From: Hormiphora californensis
Taxonomy: Eukaryota; Animalia; Ctenophora
Direction: 5' to 3'
DNA: 64,000 nucleotides
Assembly (NCBI GenBank): GCA_020137815.1
Contig: CM035358.1
Coordinates: forward strand, 310,001-374,000
A program made the translations under genes and the position numbers. Shown here in pieces: positions 31,561 through 45,046 of this stretch. The number at the start of each line of letters is the position of its first letter. Position 1 is the first letter of the stretch. The notes beneath the pieces were generated by a model. It was not told the origin of the DNA, made no database searches, and worked only from the letters and a program-made list of their open reading frames with translations.

Positions 31561-33070
31561 GGGGACTGGAGGGAATGCCGCGCGCGCGTTTGGCCAGAGC
31601 TCTGCAGAGTCGAAAATAACTTTGCGGTCGAAAAAACGGCGGTGCTTATAACTTTGGCCCCTGAAGTCCGTTTGACTTGATTCTTTCACCAGTTGTTAGA
31701 TCTGACAATTATCTACCTTGCTGTTTTTGAGAGAAGTTAATTGGATTTGAGGAGGCTGAGCAATAGCCGTTCAAAGATGGGGTGTTTTCAAAAAGTGACG
31801 TCACAGGTCCCTGCAGGGACACTTTGTTTCAAATTTGAAATAAAATCTCGAATTTTTTTATTTTACCGCACTCGATTTTGCGGAGTTTGGTTCATATCTC
31901 CTGTTCCTGATAAGATAGAGATCTGAAACCGGTTGCATTTGAAAGCTGTTATCTTCCTCTTTCCAACGCTACCAAAACGATTTCTGTACCTTATCTGGAA
32001 CCGGAGATATGATTGATTATGTATTCCCCCCTAGCGCGGTATTCCCTCCAGGCCCCTTATATTATATTATAAGGGGCCTGCAACGTATGCCAATAGACGG
32101 CATAGCCTGGAACCCTCCGTACGAACTCCCTTGAAAATTCAAGGGAGAGCAGTGCACATTGGAGGGCCCTACGCTTGTCTTGTGTCTGTCTTGGTCAGTC
32201 ATTTAGATAGTTAAAAACTGATCATAATAATACACAGATTTCAATGATTACGCAAGCTTTATCCTATAAAGTTACAGGGTCTGAACAAGGTATCGTTTTG
32301 CCTTTGAGAGTTTCTTGAGTTTAGTTTGGTCCGGAGCAAGGTAACGTTTTGCCTTTGTGAGTGTCTTGAGTTTAGTTTGGTCTGGAACAAGGTAACGTTT
32401 TGCCTTTGAGAGTGCCTTGGGTTTGGGTCTGGCATCCCGATGTATACCGTGTTTTGAGTGGCCAATTACTTTCAAACATACACTTTACACAATCTGTGAA
32501 CAGACAATACGAACAGGTGAACTTACAGAATTTTGATGGATGATTGGTACCGTGATGTTGTTGGTGATGAGAATGGAGATGAGAGGTGTATCCAATTCCG
32601 TTAGAGATAAAGATAAATGAGAACAATCAACCACAAATAAGGACACTTTGCAGGGCCACTAGGATGTAAAATGTGCTAGAAGGCAAGACTGGTGGGGCAG
32701 ATAAGAATATTTCTGAGTTGTTACACGCGATAAGCGACTTAGTGCACCAAAACACAAGGATTGTCGCTGTAGTGAGCTGTTTCAGAAAGTTCTCTACCTT
32801 GGGACGGGTCAGGGCGGGGGAGGCGGGTGGGGTGGCGGGGCGGGGCGGGTGGGGTGGGACGGTGGGTAGTTTTGGCAACGCAGTTTTGATATTCGCGTTT
32901 TTTGAAAATGTTAACAGTGCACTGTTAACATTTTCAAAAAACGCGAATTGCAGTGCAGTTGCAGTACACGTTTGGACTTTGGATGTTTCTGTCCGGAATG
33001 ATTGAAAAGCGCTGCCTTATCCCCCGCTGCTATAGGGGGCCAGCAGCGTTTGCCAATGTTGGCAGACCCC
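31561..33070. mobile_element. Two adjacent GGGG(A/C)CTG-ended TIR elements (31561-32056, 32073-33070), possibly PIF/Harbinger MITEs
   Basis: GGGGACTGGAGGGAAT / ATTCCCTCCAGGCCCC and GGGGCCTGCAACGTATGCCAA / TTGCCAATGTTGGCAGACCCC, separated by a TTA/TAA-rich spacer. Confidence 0.55.
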
Positions 33071-33170
33071 TAGTGCACGCGTTTCCCACGTGGGGGCCTG
33101 CAGCATAGGCCAACCCGGAATGTGTGGAGTGACCTCGATTTGAAAATTGAAAAGCGCTGCCTTATTTGGT

Positions 33171-33380
33171 GGCAGGGTGGTGTAGTGGCCAGTGCACTCG
33201 CCTTCCACGCGCTAGGTCACAGGTTCGGGCCTGTACTAGCGCAATGCTACCTAGACCGCCAAGCTATGATTGGTAGAGGCTCTTTCGAGAGTTTCGCAAT
33301 GACGGTGCATATCTAACCAATAATGTTGCCTGCTTGGGGTGGCGCTCGAGCTATGCTGCAGAGAAATCTGTACCAAAAAT
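33171..33380 (+). mobile_element. tRNA(Gly-like)-derived SINE
   Basis: A-box TGGTGTAGTGG, GCCTTCCA anticodon-loop-like motif, degenerate B-box GGTTCG. The 3' end is approximate. Confidence 0.5.
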
Positions 33381-34354
33381 CAAAAATGGACCGTCGCTCA
33401 ACGCCATTCGTAATAGGAGATCAGCACCACGGCATCGTTCCGACCTACTTTATCCCGCGCTGCGGGTCTCAGGTCATTATCCGTCTGTCTCTGTCCCTGT
33501 ATCCCTCCCTCCCTCTCTTTCCCTCTCCTTCCCCCTCCCTCCCTCCCGCCCTCCCCCTCTCTCCCTCCCTCTCTTTCCATCTTTCCCTCTCCTTCCCTCT
33601 CCCCCTCCCGCCCTCCCTCTCTCTCCCTCTCCTTCTTAGTTTGCGTCTATATTGCGTCTTTATCGATTTCGCACACATGCGGCTATAATGCGTCTATAAT
33701 GCGTCTATACTGCTACCTTTTATATGCGACAAAATGCGTTTATAAAACGCCCAACTGCGCCTCAAATATCGCACTGTAGCCTCGAGTACGTCTATAGTGC
33801 TTCTTTAGAAGCACGCTTTTATAGACGCAGCGTCTATAAAAAGCGATTTCGGCCGAACACATAGCAGGATCGCTGAATACCCCCACGGCCCACGTATTGT
33901 GGCTGAAGAATTTCTCCAGGGGATCATCGGTCACTGTGCCGTCAGGTCTTAGGAGTGGGGCGGGGGGCCACACTAGATTTGATTTTCCGATACTTGTTAA
34001 CAAATGACAAGAAAAAAATACTGTGTCGCGTCTATAAAAATGCGTTTATATTGCTGGTTATAATGCGCATATACTGTGTCTTTACTGCTGCTTACGAAAG
34101 TCCGTCTATATTGCGTGTGTCTATACTGCGTCTATAATGCGTTTATAGGGTGTCTATAATGCATCTATAGTACATGGGTACTGCGTCTACATATAGTGCG
34201 ATGCCCGCAAGTCGCAAATTGCCACTTCTCGGGCGATGCATCTATTATAATACCCCAGCTGGGAAGTCTCCGGGAGATCTCCGGAGGTGCAAGACAGGCC
34301 GTTATTGTTAGTGATGTTTGAGGAGAATAACTCTTTTATTTATTGTATAGGACG

Positions 34355-37300
34355 ATGGCTGCTCAAAAAGAGCCAGTGCCGTTGAACTTTGTACACCAAA
34401 ATGCGATATTATGTGAGACGATAAAGAAGGAACAAAAACACCAAAAGTTACACAAAGATTACAGAGTCAATCCTTTTAAGAAAAGTAAGTTGATAAAAAG
34501 AATAAGAGTTCTTGGTTACTATTAGCAACCGATGCTTACAGTTTTCTATATTTCAGTGCACGTTCTTGCCGGGAAACCTAACGAGGCAACTGCCGAAGAA
34601 GACGCACAAGAAGACGGTAATTGTTTTTTACATTTGCTTCATTTTCACTAGGAACCTTTTGTAGGGTATGTTTATGGCTTTTAGTGGTAGGGGTGTAGAG
34701 AAATCAAAGGGTCGTATCTGCCTACCAAACTCCCTAAGAGGGAAGCTCATGGTTCTCAAGAAGAACCTCTTCATTAAATCACCAGCAGGCCCACTATGGT
34801 GGGAGCACATTGCATAGACCTGCATATCGGAGCGGTTGAGGGCCCACCACTTTGATAGAACTCCGTACTGTGCTTGTTCCTCAAACCGAGCCTTAAAGGA
34901 ACGCTTAGTTACTCCAACGGTTATGGGAAACCGTATATTGGAATCGGGTGAGGTTTTCAGGTAGAACACGTAGAAACCCTTTAGATTTGCAGGAAACTTC
35001 TTTATATCGTCAACATTCAATATGGGCTCCTTGTCAAACCTGGAGGGATGGTGTTGTCAAAACATTGCACCCAGTTTACCAAAACAATCTTACTTACAAT
35101 TGCCTAGCTAGACCGTATTTTACAAATGTAAAGGAAGGGTTAGAACTTAGAACATAAGTAACAAACTTACAAGAAATCGTTGCAGTTGAGTTCGTCGAAA
35201 ACGTGAGCGAATAATTCTCCACACCGCTCAGCTGGAATTCCCCTGACAATTTTCTGCTCCCTTTCAATACATTCCCAGTTCCAACAGTAGGCCCAATTAT
35301 TGAGCATCCACTCGTAGGGGTAGCAAGCTTCCAGAGACATCTGATACAATATAATGTTATGATGTTATAAGTAACACAGATATCAACTAAATATTGTTAC
35401 TGTCCTCAATTTGACCAAACCACACCTACCGGTCGGCCTGGGAGGGTGTTCTTGTAAAAGTTCATAGCGTCAAGAAACAATGACTTTATATACCGGGCAC
35501 TAGCTCCCTCGTAGTGTGTGCAAACTGCAAACAATTCGTGGTCTTTTTGGACTCCTGAGTCGCTCCAAAACGAGGCAATTACACCTATAGTTAAAATGTG
35601 ATGAGATCTGAGGTGGTGTAACAACAATTGTGACAACATGTTTACAAAATATGTGTACCCTTGTCAGCGTGGTATCGGAATTTCGTTCTAAAATCTTGCT
35701 TTGTTGCACCAACGTAGATTGGCCTCCAGGCCTCGGTGCCCTTTTTCTTCAGATAGAACAAATACAATCCACCACAGTGGGCAGGATATTTCTTCAGACT
35801 TCCTTGGTCAATAATAGGCTCTTCATCGTAGCTGGGGAACCATTAGTTAGTCACATTACACTTACCCTCATACAGGTATCTCGAATATAGACTGTGAAAA
35901 AACCGCCTCATTTTTCATGCAAATGATATCCTTGCACACAGTTGTCTGTTCTACTTACATGAAAACATTAACGTTAAGATGATCCAGAACCTCCTTGATA
36001 AACTCTCCACACAGCTCCGCATAGGGTCGGATAGGGACACAGCACTGGTCCATCAGGAGTTAGCTAGGATAATATATCCATCAATAATCAATATAATGGA
36101 AGAAAAACAAAAATCTGTTGTACGAGTAATAGCGTTATTAATGTGATCAAGTGACGGCATAAAGGGCTAGGAATCTGATTAACATCGAGCTAGTGAGAGA
36201 GATAGAGAGAGACTATTGCACTATAACTCATATCGGCTAAATTACATATTTTCAACAACCAAACAAGAGTTACACTCTGAAACTTTCAGTTAAGAGCATT
36301 TCACCTAATATTTTATAACCGGAGCGGGGTGAGAGATAGTGGAGCAAGGTAACTTTGTCCTTGCTTTTATAGTTGGACAAGGCAAAGGAAGCAAAATGAA
36401 CTTGTAACTTTAGTAGTGGAAAAAAAGGTAGTGACAATTTGCTTTGAAGAGGAACCAAAGTTTCCCTTGAGTAGATCACATGATTTACATTTTCCTTACC
36501 AATAACACTCCAACGAACAAATATAGAGCTGCTAGAGCATGTTACAAGACATTTTATAGGACCTTTTATAGGACATTGGAGACATATTCGAACATAAACT
36601 GAAAATCTGGTTTTATACGTCCTCCTCTTACATGAGATCACTCTTATCTTTCATAACTCACTAGGTTACTTTGAAAATCAAAACTTGTTTCTGTTTTGGA
36701 ACTGTTAATCGGTTATTTGATAACACGTGACAAACAGCAGTCATATTACATCAAACTCGAAAGTAGAAACTTGTTTCTGTTTCCCAGTGGACTAATCTCT
36801 GTAACATTTGATAACAATTCGTGACACAATGGTGCTGTAATGAGCAGTGGTGTTTTCTAATCTAATTGCCCACCCTCAGATCAGTACATCAACATTTTCA
36901 AGAAGGCGAGGGAGCTACCTACCGAGAAATATGAGTATCCACAAACAGAAAGCCAGAGTTATGGATGGTTTACAACACCCTTGGTAATTTGCACAGTCAT
37001 ATTTCATATAATGAACAACAATTTTCAATTAGGTCTATATATATAATAAAATAGGCCCATACAAAAATAGACCTTGATTGGAATTCCAATTCCCATAGGC
37101 TATTATTATAGCTCCACCCATGATGACAGAGACTTCTTCCCGTCCAGTACTTTCTAAATCTCTATCTTATCTGCGGCGAAACTATGATCATGGGAAATAT
37201 TGAAAACCTTAAAATACTGTTGCTAAGGTTTTCCTTTAAAACTGCTCTGTAATCGGTCAATCGGTGTGAGAATAAATCTTAAACATTATTATTACTGCTG

Positions 37301-37445
37301 CAGCAAACGGTCTTCTCCAGATGCAATGTTCTCAGCCAGATTTTGCGTTGCGCGCAGAGCGATTCATGTTATGAAAGTGTACATTTTCAGCACTATTATT
37401 AACTAGTTTCCATAGTTACTGCTGTCTATCCTGTGCTACACAGCT

Positions 37446-37529
<84 letters not shown>

Positions 37530-38161
37530 ATTAACCACCTCCCGATTTACCGGGTAGTCCGGTACCCCAATTGAGCCGGTGTGAATTTACACGTAAATGC
37601 CCTCCCTGCCGATCGACGGTACAGAAGGAGATAAGGAGTTAGGAGGGGTAAAATGCCCTCTCTGCCGAATACTCTCTCGGCGAGAGTATTCAGCAGGGCG
37701 GGTGGCCCGGGAAGGTCGGATATAATAGTGGTCTAATGCCCTACATGCAGACGGAGATCACATCCGGATGAGTCATCCCATTTCGTCGGCATGTAGGGTA
37801 TTAGACCAGTAAATACTAAATCCTACCCTACTTGCCGAATGCCCTCCCTACCGACCATTTGGCAAGGAGTGCATTCGGTAATTAGGGTAGTTACCATAAG
37901 CGACTCATTTCACGAACGGCAGACTGCGTAGCATGGCAAAATTTGCGGGCAGATAAGTTTCTCCCCGAATTACCGGACAAATCCCTTGTCTCCCCAGTAT
38001 CCCGTCAATCATACAATTATGATCTTTTAATTCTATGCTCCCTGCAGATCGATAGTGACAGATCAGATATCAGACTTCACCATCCCCGGAAAATGAGCGA
38101 GGTGACAAAGTACATGGATGCAGCGTGGCGACTTAAAGAGCAGTCAGAAAATATGCAGTGA
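34355..38161 (+). CDS. CFAP144: Cilia- and flagella-associated protein 144 (FAM183 family)
   Basis: Four exons (~34355-34484, 34557-34616, 36880-36983, 38048-38161): VHQNAILCETIKKEQK..VNPFKK / LAGKPN / PTEKYEYPQTESQSYGWFTTPL / HPRKMSEVTKYMDAAWR. Confidence 0.9.
34628..36053 (-). CDS. Nested antisense gene: tandem two-domain GIY-YIG-like protein (~334 aa)
   Basis: Phase-consistent exons 36053-35959, 35831-35659, 35584-35430, 35340-35171, 35039-34628 (1005 nt). Motifs GLYLFYL..PIYVGAT..FRTKFRYH and GFYVFYL..PITVGVT..FKARF. Confidence 0.75.
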
Positions 38162-38954
38162 TTGTACAGACAATTATATATGAAACAATTGGGACAATAC
38201 AACTGGGTCGTGCTGAGTGGGAGTCATGCGTTGGAAATGTTCACAAGATCAGAGATACAAGTGCAACTAATATATAGATTTTATCTACAGTGTGGCGTGT
38301 GCGGTTATTATAGTACATTGTCAATTGTGAACACATTTGTTTAAGTTTTAACCCGCCAACCAAGTCTATTATCAGTAGCCAGGTGGCAGGTAGCCTTATA
38401 GGCCAGTAGATTTCGGTTTGAATTGGGGTGTAACCACTAACCAAGGTTTTCCACGTGAATCGTGCTAGAGTCCCAGGTTCGCCAAAAAAGTTTCAATCCA
38501 ACCGATATTATGCATATGTCAATATGTCTTAAATCTTGCACTCTTCAAGACCTCTGATCCTTCCGGCAAGATCGTTCGGTTCGATTGATATGTGTATCTT
38601 CTCATGGGATCTCATAAAAGGCCCTTTCTTTCAATTGATTATTCCTCCTTTTCTATAACATAAGTATTATGGCTCAAAAACAGTTCATCTCACATTGTAC
38701 AGCTCCTTGAAATACCAATGGAAATGTCCTGATCATAATGACATAAGTGGAGTTGAGAAATGAGAGATTTAGTTAGATGTTTATTGTCTGCTCAATTAAA
38801 ATTATCAGCGCACCCTTTGTGAAGCTCAGGTGAGTATCAGAATACTGAGCGCGCGTCATTTATTTGCGCGTTACATTTTGCGCGTCGTAAGAATAGCGCT
38901 TTTCAAATTTTTACTGATATATGATATGATTTAAAATATTTGTTCCAATTTTAT

Positions 38955-39125
38955 TTTTTGACCTTATTTCAAAATTCAATCGCGCATTCCCCCGTTCCCT
39001 GACGAGATAAAGACTTGAAATTTGGAGGTTAAAAAGAACCTGATATGATCTTCCTAACCTTCAAATTTCAAGTCTTTATCTCATCAGGAACCGGAGATAT
39101 GCGCGTTTGAAATAAGGTCAAAAAT
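38955..39125. mobile_element. Foldback MITE, same core as 21995-22105 and 31900-32010
   Basis: TTTTGACCTTATTTCAAA / TTTGAAATAAGGTCAAAA ends. Core CCTGAYRAGATA.AGACTTGAAATTT.GAGGTT and its inverse. Confidence 0.7.
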
Positions 39126-39510
39126 ACCCCCTGTCCCTTACTCCTTAGACTCGTGATTGGCTTTTCAGAACGAAATAGCTACAGACACTTTTGTATTTGA
39201 AAAGTGCTGCCTTATCCCGCGTTTGCCAACTTTTGTATATGCATTAGAGAAACCGGTTTCAAGATAATCCAAGCACTCGGGTACGAGTCACGACCGAGCT
39301 GAGTGCTGGTTTTGTGGCCTTGGTATTGTCACCAAGAATTTACAGCTTTACTAGTTAACACTTAAACGCTTATTAGTTTGAAATAAACTAAAGACATATA
39401 GTTTAAAAGTCTACGATCTGTATCAATTATCAAATAGCAACTCGTCTAATATTGTCTCTGATAGTATAGACTATATATACTAAGATCAGGTGGCTTTGGA
39501 TCGTCCAGCA

Positions 39511-40257
39511 TTACTCTTTATCATGGTCCTCGTCATAGGTTCCTTTGTTGGTGTACCCTACTACGTACCCATCATCTTCAATTACATCTTCCCTCCCCTC
39601 AATACCCTTCCCTTTACCATCAGCATCGAACCTCTCTTTGTGGCTCCCTGTGAGATATATTTAAAACAGGGTTTTAACAAAATGAGCTGGGAGACACCCT
39701 TTCTGTTAATGGACAGACACAACATATAACCAAACACGACTATTGCCCCCCTATTGCCTATTTGCAAAATAATCACCTGTGTACTTTGAAGTGTCCGTTA
39801 GCCTTCCCGTGGCTCCTTTCTTGGTGACTTTCTGTAAAAGAGACCGGTGTTTGATTCAGCTGGAAAGGTTTATTAGTTATTAACTAACCGTGGTTCCCTT
39901 TGTGCCAGGTGCTTTCCCCGTGACTAAATCCCTCATAGCGACCTTGGCATCTTCAGCACTCTTCTTTGGAAATCTCTTCGCAGAAAGTTCGTCTAGAATA
40001 ACCCCGAATTCTTTAACTGTAATTGTCCTTCCACCTTTCCTGAGAGTTTGAATTTAGTACTGCCGTAGATGGATATTTGCTAACTTCACTACTCACGGTT
40101 TGTATTTTGAGAAGATTATATCGACATCAGTAGAGGTAACTAGTTTCCCCATGATCCCAGTTTCCTTGCACAGCTTGCTGAACTTCTTGTTGTCCAGCTC
40201 CTTGCCAGTACTCTTGGTGTCACCAAACTTGGAAAATGCAGCAAATGTCTCCTCCAT
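39511..40257 (-). CDS. TPPP: Tubulin polymerization-promoting protein (p25-alpha family)
   Basis: [67 protein letters not shown] over 4 exons. Confidence 0.95.
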
Positions 40258-41762
40258 TATTTCTATAGGAGGGCTTCGAATGAGGGGTGTCGCTAAACTA
40301 AATAACATGCTTCGAATGAGGGGTGTCGCCAAACTAAATGCAATAGACACAAGCTACAAGGCAAGAACTCCACGGTTGGTGGAAATGTTAAGTGTCATCA
40401 CATAATCAAAGAGCGAGATTTGTTGTGAGCGGAAAGTGTCGTAGCAAGAGAGATGCGTGAAAGAAGGTCTAGCTATGTGCTTGAGAAGTTTTTGTTAAAC
40501 TCCGCTGAGTGCTTGAATACTCATATATCGCATAAATCTATGATATCTCCAAGTTGTAATGACAATGATTCAAATATAAAAGTACAATAACAATTTTGTA
40601 AGAGTGTGTGTTAAACACCTCCAGTATAATTGTGGTATGATATACCGCTCTTTGAGATCACCCATTGTCTGATTCAGACTCGTGTATGAATAATATAAAT
40701 CAGCCCGTTTTGGGTATTCCTGCAACCAAGTACAAACACACACAGAAATCTAGGTCGAATAATACTGGTTACTGCATGTAGGGAGAGATTATTGTGCCGT
40801 ATCATGGTCGGCTTTTATTATAGTGGAACAATACTCACTATTTACCAGCCATGAAAAGCTATGCTTTTGGTCAGAACAATGCTACCATAACAGGGGAATA
40901 AAAAGTCTGAGGATTGTCATTTGTCCTAAAATATGACTAAAAAAAATTGGACAAAAACCTTGCCCGGCTTTATTCGATCCTCTCTCATCGGGCCCACGGC
41001 GGCAAGTTTTCAAAAAGAAGGGAAAGCCGGGAATACTCAGGCACTCCTGAGGCGGGGGAATCTAAGCCTTCCTGGCACTTTATTCTATCCCCGCTTCCTG
41101 CACTTTGGGAGTGTTTCGTTTGGGAGTGTTTCGTTTGGATTTCTCTTTACTTACTAACTGGAATCTCTCTCTTTATTTACTCAGCTTGAAATTCCAACAA
41201 ATGTGTAATATATCTCTCCTATATACTAAGAATTGTTTGTTTATCGAGCTAGTGACGGGTTTATAAATGTGACCATTCCTCGTGCTACAACCCGGATACT
41301 TCACTAGCAACCGTTCTTTTGCAAACTGAATCACATTCAGAAAAGTAGTTAGTGATGTGATTTATCCAGGGTGCTTCCTCTTTCTCCCATCTTTCTCCCA
41401 TCTTGCCCTTCTCTCCCTTCCACTTCTTCAACTGCCGTTTTCTTAATCGCATATTGTCTTCCAAACTCCCAGCTGCGAACTTTATTTATTGTCCATTAGC
41501 CACCTGTATTTGAACAGCTGAGTTCCCAGGACGCTGTTGTGATTCCATTAAAGGCAACGCGATATGGAGCAAATACAGCGCTGCAGTATTTAGTGCCGCT
41601 ACTAATAGAGCGGGTGAGCGGTGGTCAAAAGGGGCTAGACCTTCCTATTTTATAATATCCCTTTGTTGCTATGTGGTAGTATTTGTAGGCCGTATTGCAT
41701 ATATGGCGTTTGTTTTAAAACTTATGTGGTTATTATGTCTACAGATACGACTGTTAATGTAT

Positions 41763-43800
41763 CAGGGGTAGAGGAAGCTGGGGTGGGGGGGGGGGGGGGC
41801 TGATCATAGCGCTGGCAAGCGCCCGGGGCCCAATCCTCCCTCCCCCAACCATCCTTCCCTTAAAAATGTCCATTTTCCAAGCATTCTTGCTTCCAGTGAA
41901 TGGAAAATCGAAGTAGCGAAAAAATATTTTTTTTGAATTTTTTGAAATTTTTTGAAAATTTTGACAGCGCTACTATACTTATTGTCTGAAATCGGCAATT
42001 TCAACTTTGTTTTAGACAACCTTCCCGTTGTCGTACGAACTTGCCGCTTGGTAGTTCGTGTTGCCTTGACACCTAGAGCACACGTTCAAAATTTCATGCA
42101 AATCGGAGTTACGGTTTTTACGTTACAGAGGGTCGTATTTTAGACAAAATGTCCGTTTTTCGCGTCACGAACCACCGTAAAATAACCACTTTTTTGCGTA
42201 CTTAATAGAGGCCAGAGTTTTAAGGCTATCACCATGTAACTTTGTGAGTCGGTAGGTCTAGTGGTGTACCTTGTATTAAAGCTTGGACAGAGAAAACGGA
42301 CAGTCATAACAAAAGTTATGACTGTCTTAAGTTTTCTTTAGCGTCTAAGACAGCCTTCCCGTCGTTCTACGAATACGCCACTTGGTACGTAATGTTGTCT
42401 CGACATCTTGAACACACGATCAAAATTTCAAGCAAATCCGAGTTACGGTTCTTCAGTTACGGGCATCTGACTGTATTAAGATTTAAGACGATTTTCAAAA
42501 AAACCTAGAAAAGAGCAAATTAAACTTTAAATCATGATTTTATCACATATATTTTTGCCAGCGTTAACTGCTGTATTTTCAGATATAATTGGAAGTCATA
42601 TCTAGATTTATGACTGTCTTAAATTTAAGACGATTTTAAAAACGCCTAGAAAGAAGCATTTCAGAGTCTAAATTAACATTGAATCAGATTTATTTTATAA
42701 AATAAGGTTTACTGCCGCATTTTCAGTTATAATGGGTAGTCATATCTAGAGTTATGACTGTCTTAAATATAAGACGATTTAAAAAAAAACCGAGAAAAGA
42801 GCGAATTAGCATCTAGAACCTGATTGTATCAGATATATTTGATTATCAATGCTTATCCGTGATCGTTATCCGTATCAAAATCAGAGAATAATGGCGGATA
42901 TCTAACCACGACAACTCATCGCGAATGAGTAATATGATAGTTACCAATCGCGGATAGCTAATCGCAAATATAGCTAATCGCGTTAGCTAATCGCGATAGC
43001 TAATCGCGATAATTAATCGCGATAACTTATAACGGATTCGTGATCAGTTATCCGCGATTGGTTGTCCGCGATTACTATAGTATACTATCATATTCGTTAT
43101 TCGCAATTGATATCCGAGATTGGATATCTGCGATTGAAAAAGTCCGTGAATCCCCAATCCACGTTTATTAAACTCAGTAGTATAACAAAATGCCTGATAC
43201 TAGATCCAAAAACCAAACAAGTTTGGTGGATAGCCGGGGCCGCAGAAATTTAAAAACATGCGAAAGTTTTGATACATGAACTTTCGGGGCCTGGGGTGCT
43301 GTTAAATTCGCGTTTCCATGATAGTCAGCCGTTCTTTCAAAACACACTATTATTCTGTAAAACAGACTCTGAAACGACCCACTGTGTGCAGTATATTATA
43401 CGTGATATGTGTGGAGCTGTATGTATGATAATGTGGAATCAAAAATAATGATAACTTGCAATCATTGCGATAGTTTTCCTGACGTATAGTTTGAAAATGT
43501 TGCTGGTTATAATCATGGAAACGCGAATTTAACAGCACCCCAGGCCCCGAAAGTTCATGTATCAAAACTTTCGCATGTTTTTAAATTTCTGCGGCCCCGG
43601 CTATCCACCAAACTTGTTTGGTTTTTGGATCTAGTATTTTGATAAAAATTGTCACTTACTTTTTTGTCCAAAGCTTCAAATATGGAATTGGCAATGGAAA
43701 AATCGAGCAAATTTTGCTCGCAAAAAGATCATCACAAAAAAGTTTGCTCAGCTCCCCCCTCCCCCCTCTCTCTCTAGAGAAAGTCATTCCGCCACCCCTG
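41763..43800. mobile_element. hAT-type non-autonomous element with nested insertions
   Basis: TIR CAGGGGTAGAGGAA / TTCCGCCACCCCTG. 8-bp TSD TAATGTAT at 41755-41762 and 43801-43808. Confidence 0.8.
43197..43637. mobile_element. MITE with 126-bp TIRs
   Basis: Arms 43197-43322 and 43512-43637. Confidence 0.85.
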
Positions 43801-43815
43801 TAATGTATGTTTTTG

Positions 43816-45000
43816 TCATAGCACTGGCAAGTGCCCCGGGCCCAAAAGGGGGGTGTGGGGGCGCAGCCCCCACCCTAAACGGGGGTGTGGGGGCAGAGCC
43901 CCCACCTTAGAAATACCCTCTAACTCAAAAAATAAAAGAGAGAGCACACGGAATACTTCTACACACAAGCGCGTTAACCTGCCAGTGCTACTATATACCA
44001 TTGCAAATTTCGGGGTTTTTGATGCTTTAAAAATGCATGTTCCAGATGAAGTAGAGGGATGAAATTTTGTACTCTGAGGGCCCTCATATAGGAGAAGAGG
44101 CATACAAAATTTCAGAATGATCGGATGTAAGGTAAAAATTTGCCAGAGGGGTCCCAAAATGCAAAAATGTAAGGGAGGGGACGGGAGGGGAGGGGAGGAG
44201 ATTGAGTGTTCTCCTAAACCAGAAATAGTAGAGACTTGCCGTTTGGAACATTGGTTCCTTGCATTATTTGGCGTGGTATAGGCTATGTGAAAACTTCGAA
44301 ATCGCCATAGTTCATTAATTATTCATTAATTATTCATTAATTATTCATTTTAATAACTTAATTGCGTTATATCTCCACTTCGGCTCGTCCTAAAACGTTT
44401 TCATGGGTATATTCCGACTCAAAATAGTCAATTTATGGGGGGTCGTCCCCCGGACAAAAATTCGTATCTCGCACCGTTTAGCCGTTATTTGCATATTTAT
44501 GCTCAAATTCATGATTTTATGCATACCCGTTAAAATGTCCACTTCGGCTGACCCTAGAACGTTTTCTTGGGTATATTCCGACTCAAAATAGTCGATTTAT
44601 GGGGGGTCGTCCCCCCGACAAAAATTCGTATCTCGCACCGTTTAGCCGTTATTTGCATATTTATGCTCAAATTTATGCATATTCTTTAAAATTTCCACTT
44701 CGGCTGACCCTAGAACGTTTTCTTGGGTATATTCCGACTCAAAATAGTCGATTTATGGGGGGTCGTCCCCCCGACAAAAATTCTTATCTCGCACCGTTTA
44801 GCCGTTATTTGCATATTTATGCTCAAATTTATGCATACCCTTTAAAATTTCCACTTCGGCTGACCCTAAAACGTTTTCTTGGGTATTATATTCCGACTCA
44901 AAATAGTCTATTTATGGGGGTCTTCCCCCAGACAAAAGTTCGTAACTCCCACCGTTTAGCCGTTATATGCATATTTATGTAGCATTCAGATCCCAAAATA
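43816..45000 (+). mobile_element. DINE-1/HINE-like (Helentron-associated) element with ~160-bp internal tandem repeats
   Basis: 5' TAGCACTGGCA with inverted partner TGCCAGTGCTA at ~43980. (TTATTCATTAA)n, then ~4 long tandem units at 44375-44980. A related head occurs at 41804. Confidence 0.5.
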
Positions 45001-45046
45001 AAATCAGGAAAAAAGTTGTCTCTTTTTTACACCAAAAAGAACAGAA

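Noticed and set aside
33862-33995. Gene on the - strand (PAPLLRPDGTVTDDPLEK)
   Set aside because: Too short; resembles a LINE ORF2 scrap within a simple-repeat element.
35866-35891. 26-nt exon in the nested GIY-YIG-like gene (and a 6-nt one at 35098-35103)
   Set aside because: The 26-nt exon breaks the frame, and the two protein halves align without either piece. They remain possible alternative exons.
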